From an uncultured Gammaproteobacteria bacterium (GTDB taxonomy: Bacteria > Pseudomonadota > Gammaproteobacteria > Pseudomonadales > JAHEGP01), in the NCBI GenBank assembly GCA_963808975.1, contig CAWEHR010000009.1:66147-130146 (forward strand): a stretch of DNA of 64,000 bases. Direction: 5' to 3'. The notes below the pieces were generated by a model. The model saw nothing but the letters and a program-made list of their open reading frames with translations, made no database searches and had not been told where the DNA came from. A program made the translations under genes and the position numbers. Shown piece by piece: positions 37,640 to 48,019 of the stretch; the first letter of the stretch is position 1; the number at the start of each line of letters is the position of its first letter.

Positions 37640-38596
37640 ATGCCCGATCCATCTTTGAATACGATTTCCGTACTGGGTAGTGGGGTGCTGGGTGGGCAAA
37701 TCGCCTGGCAGAGTGCCTACAAGGGCAAAACGGTGGTGGTTTACGACATCAGCCAGGACGCGCTGGACCAATGTGTGAAGACGCAGCAGGCGTACGCGTC
37801 GGTTTACATGGCGGAGCTGGGCGCCAGTGACGCCGACATCGAGGCCACACGGGCTCGACTCACCTTTACCACTGATATTGCATTGGCGGCGAATGTCGAT
37901 TTGGTGATTGAAGCCGTGCCGGAAGTGCCCGAGGTGAAGACCAGTGTTTACCAGCAATTGGCCGGGTCTATGCCAGCACACACCCTTGTCGCCACCAATT
38001 CATCAACGTTGCTGCCCGCCGACTTCGCTGCTGCCACCGGCAGGCCCGAAAAATATTGTGGCCTGCACTTCGCCAATATGATCTGGTTGATGAACCTGGC
38101 TGAAATCATGGCCCATTCCAGTACCGCTGATAGTACCCTCGCCGCCATTGCCCGCTTTGCCATCGAGATTGGTATGGTGCCTATTCCGGTGCGCAAGGAG
38201 CAGAACGGCTATGTGCTCAATACCTGGTTTATGGCCCTGCTGACAGCGAGTGCTTCCCTGGTAGTCAAAGGTGTAGCGACGCCGGAGGATGTCGACCGTA
38301 CTTACATGATCAGCAATCCGGGGTGTCGCATGGGCCCCTTGGGTATGGTCGATATGGTGGGTATGCAGACAGCCTACAATGTCAGCCAATACTGGGGAAC
38401 GGTTAACGGTGATGAGCAAATGCTGGCCAATGCCAAATACATCAAAGAGCGATTTATCGACAAGGGCCTGATGGGTGTGCAGTCCGGTGCGGGGTTTTAC
38501 CAGTACCCCAATCCAGCCTACCAGGTAGCCGATTTTCTCGCTGTGCCAGACCTTTCGGTGGTGCCGGAGATCGTGCGCCTGACAAGACCTGGCTGA
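37640..38596 (+). CDS. 3-hydroxyacyl-CoA dehydrogenase family protein
   Basis: 'ISVLGSGVLGGQIAWQSA' Rossmann motif, plus 'NSSTLL' and a 3HCDH C-terminal domain. Confidence 0.85.
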   Translation: MPDPSLNTISVLGSGVLGGQIAWQSAYKGKTVVVYDISQDALDQCVKTQQAYASVYMAELGASDADIEATRARLTFTTDIALAANVDLVIEAVPEVPEVKTSVYQQLAGSMPAHTLVATNSSTLLPADFAAATGRPEKYCGLHFANMIWLMNLAEIMAHSSTADSTLAAIARFAIEIGMVPIPVRKEQNGYVLNTWFMALLTASASLVVKGVATPEDVDRTYMISNPGCRMGPLGMVDMVGMQTAYNVSQYWGTVNGDEQMLANAKYIKERFIDKGLMGVQSGAGFYQYPNPAYQVADFLAVPDLSVVPEIVRLTRPG

Positions 38597-38612
38597 GTCG
38601 GCCCCACCGCAC

Positions 38613-38720
38613 TTGCAGTGTGTCGGTCGGGACGTGAGCAGCAGGATAGCGCGGCTCGGCCCCATCGGGTCGGACCACTTCGCCCTGCTCGCTGAGCTCG
38701 CCTTCACACCGGGGCAATCG
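38613..38720 (+). pseudogene. possible endonuclease/exonuclease/phosphatase-family C-terminal remnant
   Basis: 'GPIGSDHFALLAELAF' resembles the terminal SDH-x-P/A-LLAEL motif of EEP enzymes. Nothing of the family lies upstream. Confidence 0.3.
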
Positions 38721-38925
38721 CAGGACCAGCGGGAGCGTCGGGGGCAGGACGGGGATGAGCGGTTGCTGTCCACCCTCACCGGGAAGAAAAATGTGCAGCC
38801 CGCCGATGTGCCGAGCCCCGGCAAATGATGCCGGCACTTAAAGCAAGGGCAGGGCATCCCGGTCGCGGTGCAGGGCGATGGCGGGGCTATCGCCACCCAG
38901 CGGCAGCGACGGGCTGTTAATCGAG

Positions 38926-39990
38926 TCAGTACTTGTCGAAGTAGTCCTGAATCCTGGCGGCATCGCTGGTCTTGAGCAGTGCCAGCTTGAGCAGCACCCG
39001 GGACTTGGCGGGGTTCATCTGGCCGGAGGCCAAGGTGCCGACCTCGTCGTCGTTGACCTCGACATTGCGCCCGATAAAGCCAAAGGGCACGCGGCTGGAG
39101 CGCACCACGACCACGCCTTTCTCAATCGCCTTTGCACTCGCCTCGAGGGCCGCTGCGGTCATGTTGCCATTGCCAACGCCCGCTGTGACGATGCCCTTGG
39201 CTCCCTTGGAAACGGCAGCGTCGATGAGGTCCGCGGACACGTCTGCGGTGATATAGATGACGTCGACCCGGGGCAGCTTGTCGACGCCCTTCACCGAGAA
39301 CTCACTCTGCTTGCCGTGGATGCGGTAGGGCGAGCGGAAAAAGGTATTCTTACCATACAGCGTCACCCCGATCAGGCCGCTCTCCGGCGACATGAAGGTC
39401 TGCACGTCAGTGGTGCTGGTCTTGGTGAAGGCCCGGGCACCGTGGATGTCGTCATTGGCTACCACCATGACGCCCCGCCCCCGGGCGTTTTTGTCAGCGG
39501 CGACCGCCACCGCGTTGAAGATGTTGAGGGGACCGTCTGCAGAGAGAGCCGTGGAGGGCCGCATCGCGGCGGTCAGCACCACGGGCTTGTCGCTCTTGAC
39601 CGTGAGGCTGAGGAAGAAGGCGGTCTCCTCGAGGGTATCGGTGCCATGGGTAATGACAACCCCGTCGACGTCCGACTTTTCCAGCAGTTCGTTGATCCTG
39701 TTTGCCAGCTTGAGCCAGATTGCATCGGACATATCCTGGCTGCCGACATTCGAGATCTGCTCGCCGCTGACTTCGGCCAGGTCCTTCAGCTGCGGCACCG
39801 CGTCGATCAGTATGTCGACGCCAACCTGGCCCGAAGTATAGCCGGCCTGGGTCTGGGTCTCGGCGGAGCCGGCAATGGTGCCCCCGGTCGCCAGTATGAC
39901 CACCCGAGCCTCACTCGCGGCGGTGGCTGCCCCGGCCACCAGAATGGTCAGGGCAAGAATGAAATAGCGGATCACCGTCACCTGTTTCAT
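38926..39990 (-). CDS. ansB: periplasmic L-asparaginase type II
   Basis: Signal 'MKQVTVIRYFILALTILVAGAATAA', plus 'ILATGGTIAGS' and 'ITHGTDTLEETAFFL'. Confidence 0.9.
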   Translation of the reverse strand: MKQVTVIRYFILALTILVAGAATAASEARVVILATGGTIAGSAETQTQAGYTSGQVGVDILIDAVPQLKDLAEVSGEQISNVGSQDMSDAIWLKLANRINELLEKSDVDGVVITHGTDTLEETAFFLSLTVKSDKPVVLTAAMRPSTALSADGPLNIFNAVAVAADKNARGRGVMVVANDDIHGARAFTKTSTTDVQTFMSPESGLIGVTLYGKNTFFRSPYRIHGKQSEFSVKGVDKLPRVDVIYITADVSADLIDAAVSKGAKGIVTAGVGNGNMTAAALEASAKAIEKGVVVVRSSRVPFGFIGRNVEVNDDEVGTLASGQMNPAKSRVLLKLALLKTSDAARIQDYFDKY

Positions 39991-40052
39991 AGCGCTCTCC
40001 TTTTATTGTTACGCGGTACTGGAATCAAACAAACGCAGGACCATACCCGGTT

Positions 40053-41558
40053 TTACTGATACTGTTTCTTGTCGAGCCCGGTCAGGGCCGCGGGATCGAG
40101 GATCTCCTCGATCTGTTCCTCGGTCAGTATTTTCTGCTCGCGCACGACTTCGAGAATGCCCTTATTGGTGCGATAGGCTTCCCTCGCCAGTTCGGTAGCG
40201 CGATCGTAACCGATCACCGGGTTCAGCGCCGTCACGATGCCGACGGTGCGCTCGATGTAGCCTTCCAGTGTGTCCGCGTTCACCGTGATACCGTCGACGC
40301 AGAGCGTGCGGAAGGTCTTCATGGTATTGCCCAGCAGGCGCTGCGAGTCGAGCACGGCGATGGTTTCCAGGGGCTCGTAGGCGTTGAGCTGCAACTGGCC
40401 GTTGCGCGCCGCCAGCACCACCGAGACGTCGTTGCCGATGACACGAAAGGAGACCAGGTTGACCAGCTCGGTTATCACCGGGTTGACCTTGCCCGGCATG
40501 ATCGAAGAGCCGGGCTGCACCGGGGGCAGGTTGATCTCTCCCAGGCCGGCGCGCGGTCCGGAGGACAGCAGGATCAGGTCACTGGCGATCTTGGACAGCT
40601 TCACCGCGAGACTGCGCATGGCGCCGGACTCCGCCAGGAAGGCGTGCTGGTCCCAGGTCGCTGCGATCAGGTCGTCGGCCTTGTGAAAGGGTTTGTCGGT
40701 CAATCTGGCCAGGTGCCCGGCGGTCTTCTGTGCATAACCTTTCGGGGCGTTGAGACCGGTGCCAATCGCAGTGCCGCCCATGTTGATGATAAACAGGGGC
40801 TTCTCCGAGGAGCGGATGAAGTCGATCTCGTCCTCGAGGGCATTGGCCATGGCATGGAATTCCTGCCCCAGCGTCATGGGTACCGCGTCCTGCATCTCGG
40901 TGCGCCCCATCTTGAGCACGTCGATAAACTCATTGCCCTTATTGCGCAGCGACGCCACCAGCAGTTCTATTTCCGCGATCACCGCATCGTTGTTGGTGAC
41001 CATCGCCACTTTGAGCGCGGTTGGGTACGCATCGTTGGTGGACTGGGACATGTTGAGGTCGTCGTGGGGCTCCACGATGTCGTATTCGCCGAGTTTGCGA
41101 CCGGTCTCGACCAGGGCCACGTTGGCCATGACCTCATTGGCGTTCATATTGGTCGAAGTGCCAGCCCCGCCCTGGTAGGGGTCGACGGGAAACTGGTCGA
41201 GATACTTGCCGGCGAGTATGGCCTCGCCAGCGACGATGATGGCGTCCCGGGTCTTCTCGTCCATCTTGCCGACATCGGTGTTGGCCTTGGCCGCGGCCAT
41301 CTTGACCAGGGCAAAGCCCTTGATCAGCTCTGGATAGTCGCCCAGGGTGCGCCCTGAGATCTGGAAGTTCTCGATGGCCCGCGCCGTCTGCACACCGTAG
41401 AAGGCATCTGCGGGAATGGCCTTTTCACCCAGCAGATCGTGCTCGATGCGCACCTCCTGAGGGCCACTGAGCTTGGGCGCGGCCTGCGCCTGCAGGTTGG
41501 CACTGGCCACGGCCAGAGCGAACACGGAAACCGCGAGGGGCAATCTTAGCATTGTCAT
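40053..41558 (-). CDS. aspA: aspartate ammonia-lyase carrying an N-terminal Sec-type signal peptide
   Basis: 'GSSIMPGKVNP' signature. GGAGGAG lies immediately upstream of ATG 41558. 'MTMLRLPLAVSVFALAVASANLQAQA' precedes the region that aligns with the E. coli AspA N-terminus ('RIEHDLLGEKAIPADAFYGVQTARAIENF'). Confidence 0.9.
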   Translation of the reverse strand: MTMLRLPLAVSVFALAVASANLQAQAAPKLSGPQEVRIEHDLLGEKAIPADAFYGVQTARAIENFQISGRTLGDYPELIKGFALVKMAAAKANTDVGKMDEKTRDAIIVAGEAILAGKYLDQFPVDPYQGGAGTSTNMNANEVMANVALVETGRKLGEYDIVEPHDDLNMSQSTNDAYPTALKVAMVTNNDAVIAEIELLVASLRNKGNEFIDVLKMGRTEMQDAVPMTLGQEFHAMANALEDEIDFIRSSEKPLFIINMGGTAIGTGLNAPKGYAQKTAGHLARLTDKPFHKADDLIAATWDQHAFLAESGAMRSLAVKLSKIASDLILLSSGPRAGLGEINLPPVQPGSSIMPGKVNPVITELVNLVSFRVIGNDVSVVLAARNGQLQLNAYEPLETIAVLDSQRLLGNTMKTFRTLCVDGITVNADTLEGYIERTVGIVTALNPVIGYDRATELAREAYRTNKGILEVVREQKILTEEQIEEILDPAALTGLDKKQYQ

Positions 41559-41602
41559 AAACTCCTCCAAACGTAGCGGGGCCCGTCCTGGGCGGCGGAC
41601 GT

Positions 41603-41944
41603 TCATGCCAGTATCAATCTGCCCAGAAGCAGCCCGCACAGGATCGCTGCCGTGGTGGACACCAGTCCGGGCAGCACGAAACTGTGGTTAAGCAGAAACT
41701 TGCCGATACGGCTGGCGCCGGTATGATCGAAAGTGACCATCGCAAGCACTGTACCATAGGTCGGCAGGAAGAAGTTGCCGTTGACCGCGGGGTAGACGCC
41801 CTTCGGGGCATGCGGTGGCAGACCCGGGGCAACGCCGACGGGCATCCGCATAACGATGGTTGCAGCCTGGTGGAAAACCGCGGGCGGTATACACGAGTAG
41901 GCACCCAAGCCCCGGACTCCTGACTGAAAAACCTGTTCAATCAA
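41603..41944 (-). pseudogene. C-terminal remnant of an anaerobic C4-dicarboxylate transporter (DcuA/DcuB family)
   Basis: 'FFLPTYGTVLAMVTFDHTGASRIGKFLLNHSFVLPGLV' resembles the Dcu C-terminus. Only ~113 codons are present, whereas intact members have >400. Confidence 0.45.
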
Positions 41945-42027
41945 TGGCTTTCACTTTGCTTTTCCGGCGCGAGTTCCGTAGATTGTGCACCACAATAAAG
42001 CCAATAACCGTGTGAGAGGAAAAGTCG

Positions 42028-43425
42028 ATGTTCGAACACCTGACCAGTGTCAGCAATTCCATCATCCTGCGCCTGCGGCTCGAAAACCGGCCGGGGCTTT
42101 TTGCTCTGGCCTTGACTCGAATAGCCGAGGCGGACGGCAATGTGGGCGCCATCGATATCGTACGTTATGAAGAGGGTTTCGTCATCCGCGATGTTACCGT
42201 CGATACCGCCGGTGCCGAGCATGTCAATGAAATCAGCGCGGCGTTGGACCAGGTGCAGGGCATCGAAGTGCTGCATACGTCGGATCGCGTCTTTGTCATG
42301 CATCTCGGGGGCAAGATAGAGGTGGTCAGTCGATCGCCCCTGAAGTCGCGTGATGATCTCTCCATGGTGTATACGCCGGGAGTGGCGCGGGTGTGCATGG
42401 CCATCCATGAGGACGTGAGTAAGGCGTACAACCTTACCATCAAGAAAAACACAGTCGCCATTGTCAGTGACGGTACCGCCGTGTTGGGGCTGGGGAACAT
42501 AGGGCCCTATGCAGCCATGCCGGTAATGGAAGGCAAGGCGATGCTGTTCAAGGAGTTCGGTAACGTCGATGGCTTTCCCATCTGCCTCGACACCGTCGAC
42601 ACGGAGGAAATCATCAGGACGGTGAAGGCGATTGCGCCCGGCTTTGGCGGCATCAACCTGGAAGATATCTCTGCACCCCGGTGTTTCGAAATCGAAAGGC
42701 GCCTGCAGGAAGAGCTGGATATCCCCGTGTTCCACGATGACCAGCACGGCACCGCTGTGGTGATGACGGCCGGACTCATCAACGCGCTGAAGGTCGTCAA
42801 AAAGGACGCTGCGAATATCAAGGCTGTCGTGGCTGGTGTCGGCGCCGCGGGAACGGCCTGTACCAAGATGATGCTGGACCTCGGCATCTCGAACATTATC
42901 GGCATCGACCGGGTGGGAATTCTCTACCGGGGGCGGGAGGATATGAATGACGCCAAGCGAGACTATGCAGAAATTACCAACCCGCAAAACATCAAAGGTA
43001 CATTGAACGAGGCAATAAGCGGGGCAGACCTTTTTGTCGGGCTCTCCGGCCCCGGCATTTTGACGGTCGATCACCTGAAGAAGATGAACGAGGATGCCAT
43101 CGTATTCGCCATGAGCAACCCCACGCCGGAAATCCTGCCGGAATTGGCCTGGCCCCACATTGCGGTGATGGCCACCGGCAGAAGTGATTACCCCAACCAA
43201 TTGAACAACGTGCTGTGCTTTCCCGGCATTTTCCGCGGGGCCCTGGATTGTCGAGCGACACGCATTACCGAGGAGATGAAAATGGCGGCGGCACGGGCTA
43301 TTGCGGAAACGATTCCCGCGGAAAACCTGTCGGCGGACCATATCATTCCCGGTGTATTCAATAAGGACGTCGCCCGCAACGTTGCCGAAGCGGTGAAGGC
43401 AGCGGCCCCCGCCGACGAATCCTGA
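42028..43425 (+). CDS. NAD(P)-dependent malic enzyme with N-terminal ACT-like domain
   Basis: 'VYTPGVARVC', 'GTAVLGLGNIGP' and 'VAGVGAAGTAC'. The antisense ORF 41941..43341 is a shadow. Confidence 0.9.
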   Translation: MFEHLTSVSNSIILRLRLENRPGLFALALTRIAEADGNVGAIDIVRYEEGFVIRDVTVDTAGAEHVNEISAALDQVQGIEVLHTSDRVFVMHLGGKIEVVSRSPLKSRDDLSMVYTPGVARVCMAIHEDVSKAYNLTIKKNTVAIVSDGTAVLGLGNIGPYAAMPVMEGKAMLFKEFGNVDGFPICLDTVDTEEIIRTVKAIAPGFGGINLEDISAPRCFEIERRLQEELDIPVFHDDQHGTAVVMTAGLINALKVVKKDAANIKAVVAGVGAAGTACTKMMLDLGISNIIGIDRVGILYRGREDMNDAKRDYAEITNPQNIKGTLNEAISGADLFVGLSGPGILTVDHLKKMNEDAIVFAMSNPTPEILPELAWPHIAVMATGRSDYPNQLNNVLCFPGIFRGALDCRATRITEEMKMAAARAIAETIPAENLSADHIIPGVFNKDVARNVAEAVKAAAPADES

Positions 43426-43641
43426 TAGCGCTTCATATCTGCCAGGGTTGGTGCAGCGCAGTGCAGTGTGCGGTAGCCCGGGGCGGATGCTGTTGTCTGC
43501 GAGCGCTCTGCCGGCGTTTTGTCTATTGCATGGTCACCACGTCCGCCACTTCCAGAGTCCTATTGCGCCGCTGTTCTTGTATAATGGAACCCCTGACCAA
43601 TAATCTCTGGCTGCAGGTCAGCCGCGGAAAATCAAGTTTTT

Positions 43642-44952
43642 ATGATGCGTCGGATTACTTTTCCAAGATCTGTCCTGGCAACACTGGCTATTGTATCCAG
43701 CCTGGCAGGCTGCGCATCGTCGGGGGTCTGGGTTGAAGCGGATACCAAGGACTACAAGGAACGTTTACAAAGCCGGACCGATGGCGATGTGCGGGTAGCA
43801 ACCAGCGTACTCTCCGCGAGTGAGTCGGAGGCTATTTACGGCGTGCCGCTGGCCGACAAGAAAATCCAGCCGGTGTGGGTAGAAGTTGAGAATAACGGTA
43901 ACGAAACTCTCCGGCTGCTGTCTCCCGGGCTGGACCCGAACTTTTTTCCCGCATCCGAGGCAGCAGAGGCGTTTGCGTCGTCGCTTGCTGGCGACGACGC
44001 CTGGCAACAGGAACAGCATTTTCGGCAATTAGCCTTCAAGAATCCGGTCGTGCCGGGTGCAACGGTCTCGGGCTTTATTCTCACCACCCTTAACGAAGGC
44101 GTAAAAATGGTCGAGTTGGACCTGCTGAGCAGCGGTCGTCTCAGGACCTATTCCTTTCTTGCCGATGTTCCCGGCTTTCGTGCCGACTACGCGGGCAAAC
44201 ATACCCTGCCCGAATCCTATTATGCCCCGCAAGGTATCACCAACTACACTGATGACGCCGCCTTCAGGGCGGCGCTCGAGGCCCTGCCCTGCTGCACTTC
44301 CAACAAGAAGGGCACGCGCATGGGCGATCCGCTCAACCTGGTTATCGTCGGCGGTGACGATGACGCATTTCCCGCGCTGGCGCGCCGCGGGTGGCAGCCG
44401 ACAGAAGCCACTTACGCCGGATCGGTCAGAAAAATGATCAGTTCGGTACTGTCCGGCGAGCGCTACCCGTATTCCCCCATCAGTCCGCTGTATCTCTACG
44501 GGCGGCCCCAGGAATTCGCGCTGCAAAAGGCCCGCGACAATATTCACCAGCGCAATCACCTGCGCCTTTGGGCCAGCCCAATGCACTACCATGGCAGGCA
44601 GGTGTGGGTCGGCCAGATCAGCCGCGATATCGGCTCGCGGCTCACCATCCATTCACCCTACCTGACCACGCACAAGATCGATCCTGATGTCGATGAAGCC
44701 GCAAGGGCGCTGATCGAGGACCTCGCTTATTCACAGTTTCTGGCCAAAATCGCACTGGTAGAGGGGGTTGGTGCAGCGCCACTGGATGCGCCGCGCCAGA
44801 ATCTGACTACCGACCCCTATTTCACAGAGGGCTTTCGAGCGGTACTGTTTTTTGAAGATCACCCTACCGCACTCCCGGACATCGAAATCCTGCCCTGGGC
44901 GGGCCGGCCGGGTAGTTTTGTCAGGCCGACGGACAGCGGTGAAAGCCAATGA
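43642..44952 (+). CDS. lipoprotein with LssY-like C-terminal domain
   Basis: Lipobox 'IVSSLAGC'. 'GDPLNLVIVGGDDDAFPALARRGWQPTE' and 'HLRLWASPMHYHGRQVWVGQISRDIG' are LssY_C-type blocks. Confidence 0.65.
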   Translation: MMRRITFPRSVLATLAIVSSLAGCASSGVWVEADTKDYKERLQSRTDGDVRVATSVLSASESEAIYGVPLADKKIQPVWVEVENNGNETLRLLSPGLDPNFFPASEAAEAFASSLAGDDAWQQEQHFRQLAFKNPVVPGATVSGFILTTLNEGVKMVELDLLSSGRLRTYSFLADVPGFRADYAGKHTLPESYYAPQGITNYTDDAAFRAALEALPCCTSNKKGTRMGDPLNLVIVGGDDDAFPALARRGWQPTEATYAGSVRKMISSVLSGERYPYSPISPLYLYGRPQEFALQKARDNIHQRNHLRLWASPMHYHGRQVWVGQISRDIGSRLTIHSPYLTTHKIDPDVDEAARALIEDLAYSQFLAKIALVEGVGAAPLDAPRQNLTTDPYFTEGFRAVLFFEDHPTALPDIEILPWAGRPGSFVRPTDSGESQ

Positions 44953-46223
44953 GGGTTTTGGCTACAGCTGCGCCACTCCAGCCTGTTGTACAATCGGTTA
45001 CCAGGCTGCTGGTATCCTACGGGCTATGCCTCGCCCTGCTGGGCTGTGCAAGCTTGCAGCCTCCGCTTGAAATTGATGAAACCCCACTGCGCGAACGCGC
45101 AGAAACCCAAACGGTCGGCAACGTCCAGGTCAACGCTGCTGTGCTCAGTGCCGAGGACAGCCAGAACTTTTTCGGCGCCGACCTCAGCGCTAACGGCGTC
45201 CAGGCTGTGTGGCTGGAAATTGTCAATCACTCATCCCATTCACTGCGGCTACTGCGGTCCGGAACCGACCCTGACTATTTTTCTCCGCTGGAGGTCGCCT
45301 GGTCTTACCATGGTGCGCTGTCCGGTGATGCCAACCGTAAAATTGATGAGCATTTTCGCTATGCAAGCATTGACGGTGTTATCCCGCCCGGCGAGACTCG
45401 CAGCGGCTTTCTGTATGTTAATCCGCATCATCGCACCCAGGTAATCAATATCGACCTGCTGGGTCAAAAAACAAACTTCCCTTTCACCTTGTTCCTTCAA
45501 GTGCCGGGTGAACAGGACGACCACAATTTTGACGGAATCTGGGATCAGATGCTGCGCGCACAGGGCAATGAATACCAGGATGAATTGGCGTTCCGCCAGG
45601 CACTTGAGCAATTGCCAGCCAGTACCAGCGTGGCCCAGGGCGCAGCCGAGTCGGGCCCGCTAAATGTGGTTCTCATCGGTAAGCTTGCGGATATCGCCGC
45701 CGCACTGATTCGTCGTGAGTATCGTCACGCGCCAACGCCAGCGGACGCGGCACAGCAGGTATTCGGCCGGCCACCGGACTTCGTTTCTCGCAAGGCGGGA
45801 CAAGGCGGAGTAACCGCCAACTGGATGCGGATATGGGTGGCGCCACTTTACTACCAGGGCCAAACCGTATTTGTTGGCCAGGCCGGGCGCCCGGTGGGTG
45901 GTCGCTTCATGGCAACCGATGACGCGGCACCGCGGCTGCATCCGGACGTCGATGAAGCGCGAGCTTACGTCATCCAGGACCTGCTGTATTCCGGGGGACT
46001 CGCGAAACTGGGCTTTGTCGGGGGTGTGAATGCGGTGAGCGCTGAACAACACCGCAATCAGCCCGAAGAGCTCAACTACCATAGCGATGGTTTGCGGGCG
46101 GTGCTGTTTTTTGTCACCCGGCCCCTGTCGCTGGCGGATGTAGAAATTCTTGATTGGGTGCCGGCCCTTGAAGTCCAGGCTGCCGCGGCAGCTAAAAGGA
46201 ATGCGCATCAAAATGCCGATTAA
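44949..46223 (+). CDS. lipoprotein with LssY-like C-terminal domain (paralogue)
   Basis: ATGA overlap with the upstream gene. Lipobox 'LALLGC'. 'GPLNVVLIGKLADIAAALIRREY' and 'WMRIWVAPLYYQGQTVFVGQAGRPVG'. Confidence 0.65.
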   Translation: MRVLATAAPLQPVVQSVTRLLVSYGLCLALLGCASLQPPLEIDETPLRERAETQTVGNVQVNAAVLSAEDSQNFFGADLSANGVQAVWLEIVNHSSHSLRLLRSGTDPDYFSPLEVAWSYHGALSGDANRKIDEHFRYASIDGVIPPGETRSGFLYVNPHHRTQVINIDLLGQKTNFPFTLFLQVPGEQDDHNFDGIWDQMLRAQGNEYQDELAFRQALEQLPASTSVAQGAAESGPLNVVLIGKLADIAAALIRREYRHAPTPADAAQQVFGRPPDFVSRKAGQGGVTANWMRIWVAPLYYQGQTVFVGQAGRPVGGRFMATDDAAPRLHPDVDEARAYVIQDLLYSGGLAKLGFVGGVNAVSAEQHRNQPEELNYHSDGLRAVLFFVTRPLSLADVEILDWVPALEVQAAAAAKRNAHQNAD

Positions 46224-47352
46224 CCGCATTGGAAATCAACACGGCAGGGGGTCACTCCGGGCAGTGAGCTGCCAGTGGGCGGCCCGGTACCTGCCTGCTA
46301 TCGCTGCAATTCTGATTATGGGCGGCTGTGCATCCAAACCGTTGATGCCCTATACCACCGACACCATTCCCCTGTTACTCGCGCCCGCCATAGTGAGTGA
46401 CGAGCAGGACAAGCGAGGACGCTTCCGGGAAGTATTCTGTGCGGTGCTCGAAGCCCGCAAAGACAGCGTGCCTGACTACCGCTCCTGTAACGAAGCGCTA
46501 ACAACGGTTGGCAAAGAGCCCCCCGGTACTGGCAATGAAATTAACCTGGGCGAGTCGCAACAACCCCGACTGGCCCTGTTCGTGGGCGGTGTTGGCTGGG
46601 ACTGTTTCTCTGAGTGGCTGGAGTTGCAGAATACGGTGCAGAAGCATATCAGCCAGTTTGGCTTTGATGCCTCCATGCTGTCCGTCGACAGCCTTGCCAG
46701 CAGCAGGAATAACAGTCGACAGATCCGCGATGCGATCCTGGCAATGCCCCGGGAGAGCGGGCTGCCTGACCTGATCCTCATTGGCTATTCCAAGGGGGCA
46801 ACCGATATTCTCGAGGCAGTCGTCAGCTACCCGGAGATTCATGAGCGGATTGCCGCCGTGGTCAGCATTGCCGGGTCGGTGGGAGGTTCGCCGCTGGCAA
46901 ACGATGCCAGCCAGTCGCAGCTCAACCTGCTACAGCATTTTCCGGGAGCAACATGCAAACCAAGCGATGAAGGCGCCCTCGACAGCATGCGACCGTCGAT
47001 GCGCAAGGCCTGGCTTGCGGAAAACCCCCTGCCTGAGCAAATTCCCTATTACTCGCTGATCACCTTCCCCGACCCCGCAGAAATTTCGTCACTGCTGCGC
47101 AGCTTTTACAAGAAGCTGGGCAAAGTGGATGCCCGTAACGATGGCCAGGTCATTTTCTATGACCAGTTCATCCCGGGCAGTACCCTGGTGGGGTATCTCA
47201 ACGCGGATCATTGGGCGCCGGCAGTGCCGATTGCACGCGCCCACGGCATTGTCGGCAGGCTGTTCGTCGACGAGAATGACTACCCGCGTGAGGCGCTGCT
47301 CGAAGCATTGCTGCGCTTTCTCGAAGAAGACCTGCGGCGTACAGAAAACTGA
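46201..47352 (+). CDS. lipoprotein alpha/beta-hydrolase (lipase-like)
   Basis: ATG 46201 overlaps the previous gene by 23 nt. Lipobox 'ILIMGGC'. Nucleophile elbow '[10 protein letters not shown]'. Confidence 0.6.
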   Translation: MRIKMPINRIGNQHGRGSLRAVSCQWAARYLPAIAAILIMGGCASKPLMPYTTDTIPLLLAPAIVSDEQDKRGRFREVFCAVLEARKDSVPDYRSCNEALTTVGKEPPGTGNEINLGESQQPRLALFVGGVGWDCFSEWLELQNTVQKHISQFGFDASMLSVDSLASSRNNSRQIRDAILAMPRESGLPDLILIGYSKGATDILEAVVSYPEIHERIAAVVSIAGSVGGSPLANDASQSQLNLLQHFPGATCKPSDEGALDSMRPSMRKAWLAENPLPEQIPYYSLITFPDPAEISSLLRSFYKKLGKVDARNDGQVIFYDQFIPGSTLVGYLNADHWAPAVPIARAHGIVGRLFVDENDYPREALLEALLRFLEEDLRRTEN

Positions 47353-47404
47353 CGCCGGTTGAATTCGGACCAGGTATCGAGAGCGCAAGGCACATCTGAT
47401 CACG

Positions 47405-47718
47405 CCGTTTGTTCGACAATTCACTTGCCACAATGCGCTTTAGGTCAGCCCAAGCCTCTGTGCTCATAGGCTTGTTGTCGTTGGTCGATTGCCCGGTTGT
47501 CCACCAGGTGTGCTCGCGGCTGGTATCGTCCAGCACAATGAATTTGTCTTTTGGGGAGCGGCCGGTGAATTCCCCCGTCCTGACGGCGACCGCGCCGAAC
47601 TCGGTGACCACGCCGCGTTCGAAACCCTGCAGCTCGGGGCTGGTCTCCTCTTTGAAGAGTGTTTCGTACGAGGGGTTGTAAATAATCTCGGTGGTATCAC
47701 TGATGCCGTATTGACCTA
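47405..47718 (-). pseudogene. pckA: phosphoenolpyruvate carboxykinase (ATP) fragment, ~residues 10-115 only
   Basis: '[58 protein letters not shown]' aligns with the N-terminal region of E. coli PckA. Homology stops after 'SELSNKR'. The 5' end abuts the 301-bp repeat. Confidence 0.8.
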
Positions 47719-48019
47719 GGGCAACTCTGATCAATTCGGTAATGCTTCAGCGGAGCCTCTGGCGTTCATTGGCAAGGCGCGCCGCGAAGGTCAAGGCTGG
47801 TTGTCCTTGACGAGTGGTGCAAGCGGATGGCCGCCCCCTTGTCCAATGGGCGCCAGAGGCCCGCCCTGCGGGGCTTCGCTTAGAGCGCCTACTGTTGGTG
47901 CGTCGCGTTCGTCTACTGCGTTACAGCCGTTTGAAAGGCAACCAGCCTTCCTGCACGACTGCGCCTTGTGGACAAACGCGACGCAAGGCCTGAAGCGTCA
48001 CCGAATTAATCAGAGGTGC
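47719..48019. mobile_element. 301-bp MITE-like repeat, copy 2
   Basis: Same orientation as 20692-20992 with 2 mismatches. TA lies on both flanks of this copy. Confidence 0.6.

Noticed and set aside
20692-48019. The 27-kb segment between the two 301-bp direct repeats as a composite transposon or island
   Set aside because: There is no transposase, integrase or consistent target-site duplication. The content is a heterogeneous mix of metabolic and metal genes. The repeats may still promote recombination, but the segment does not look like a discrete mobile element.
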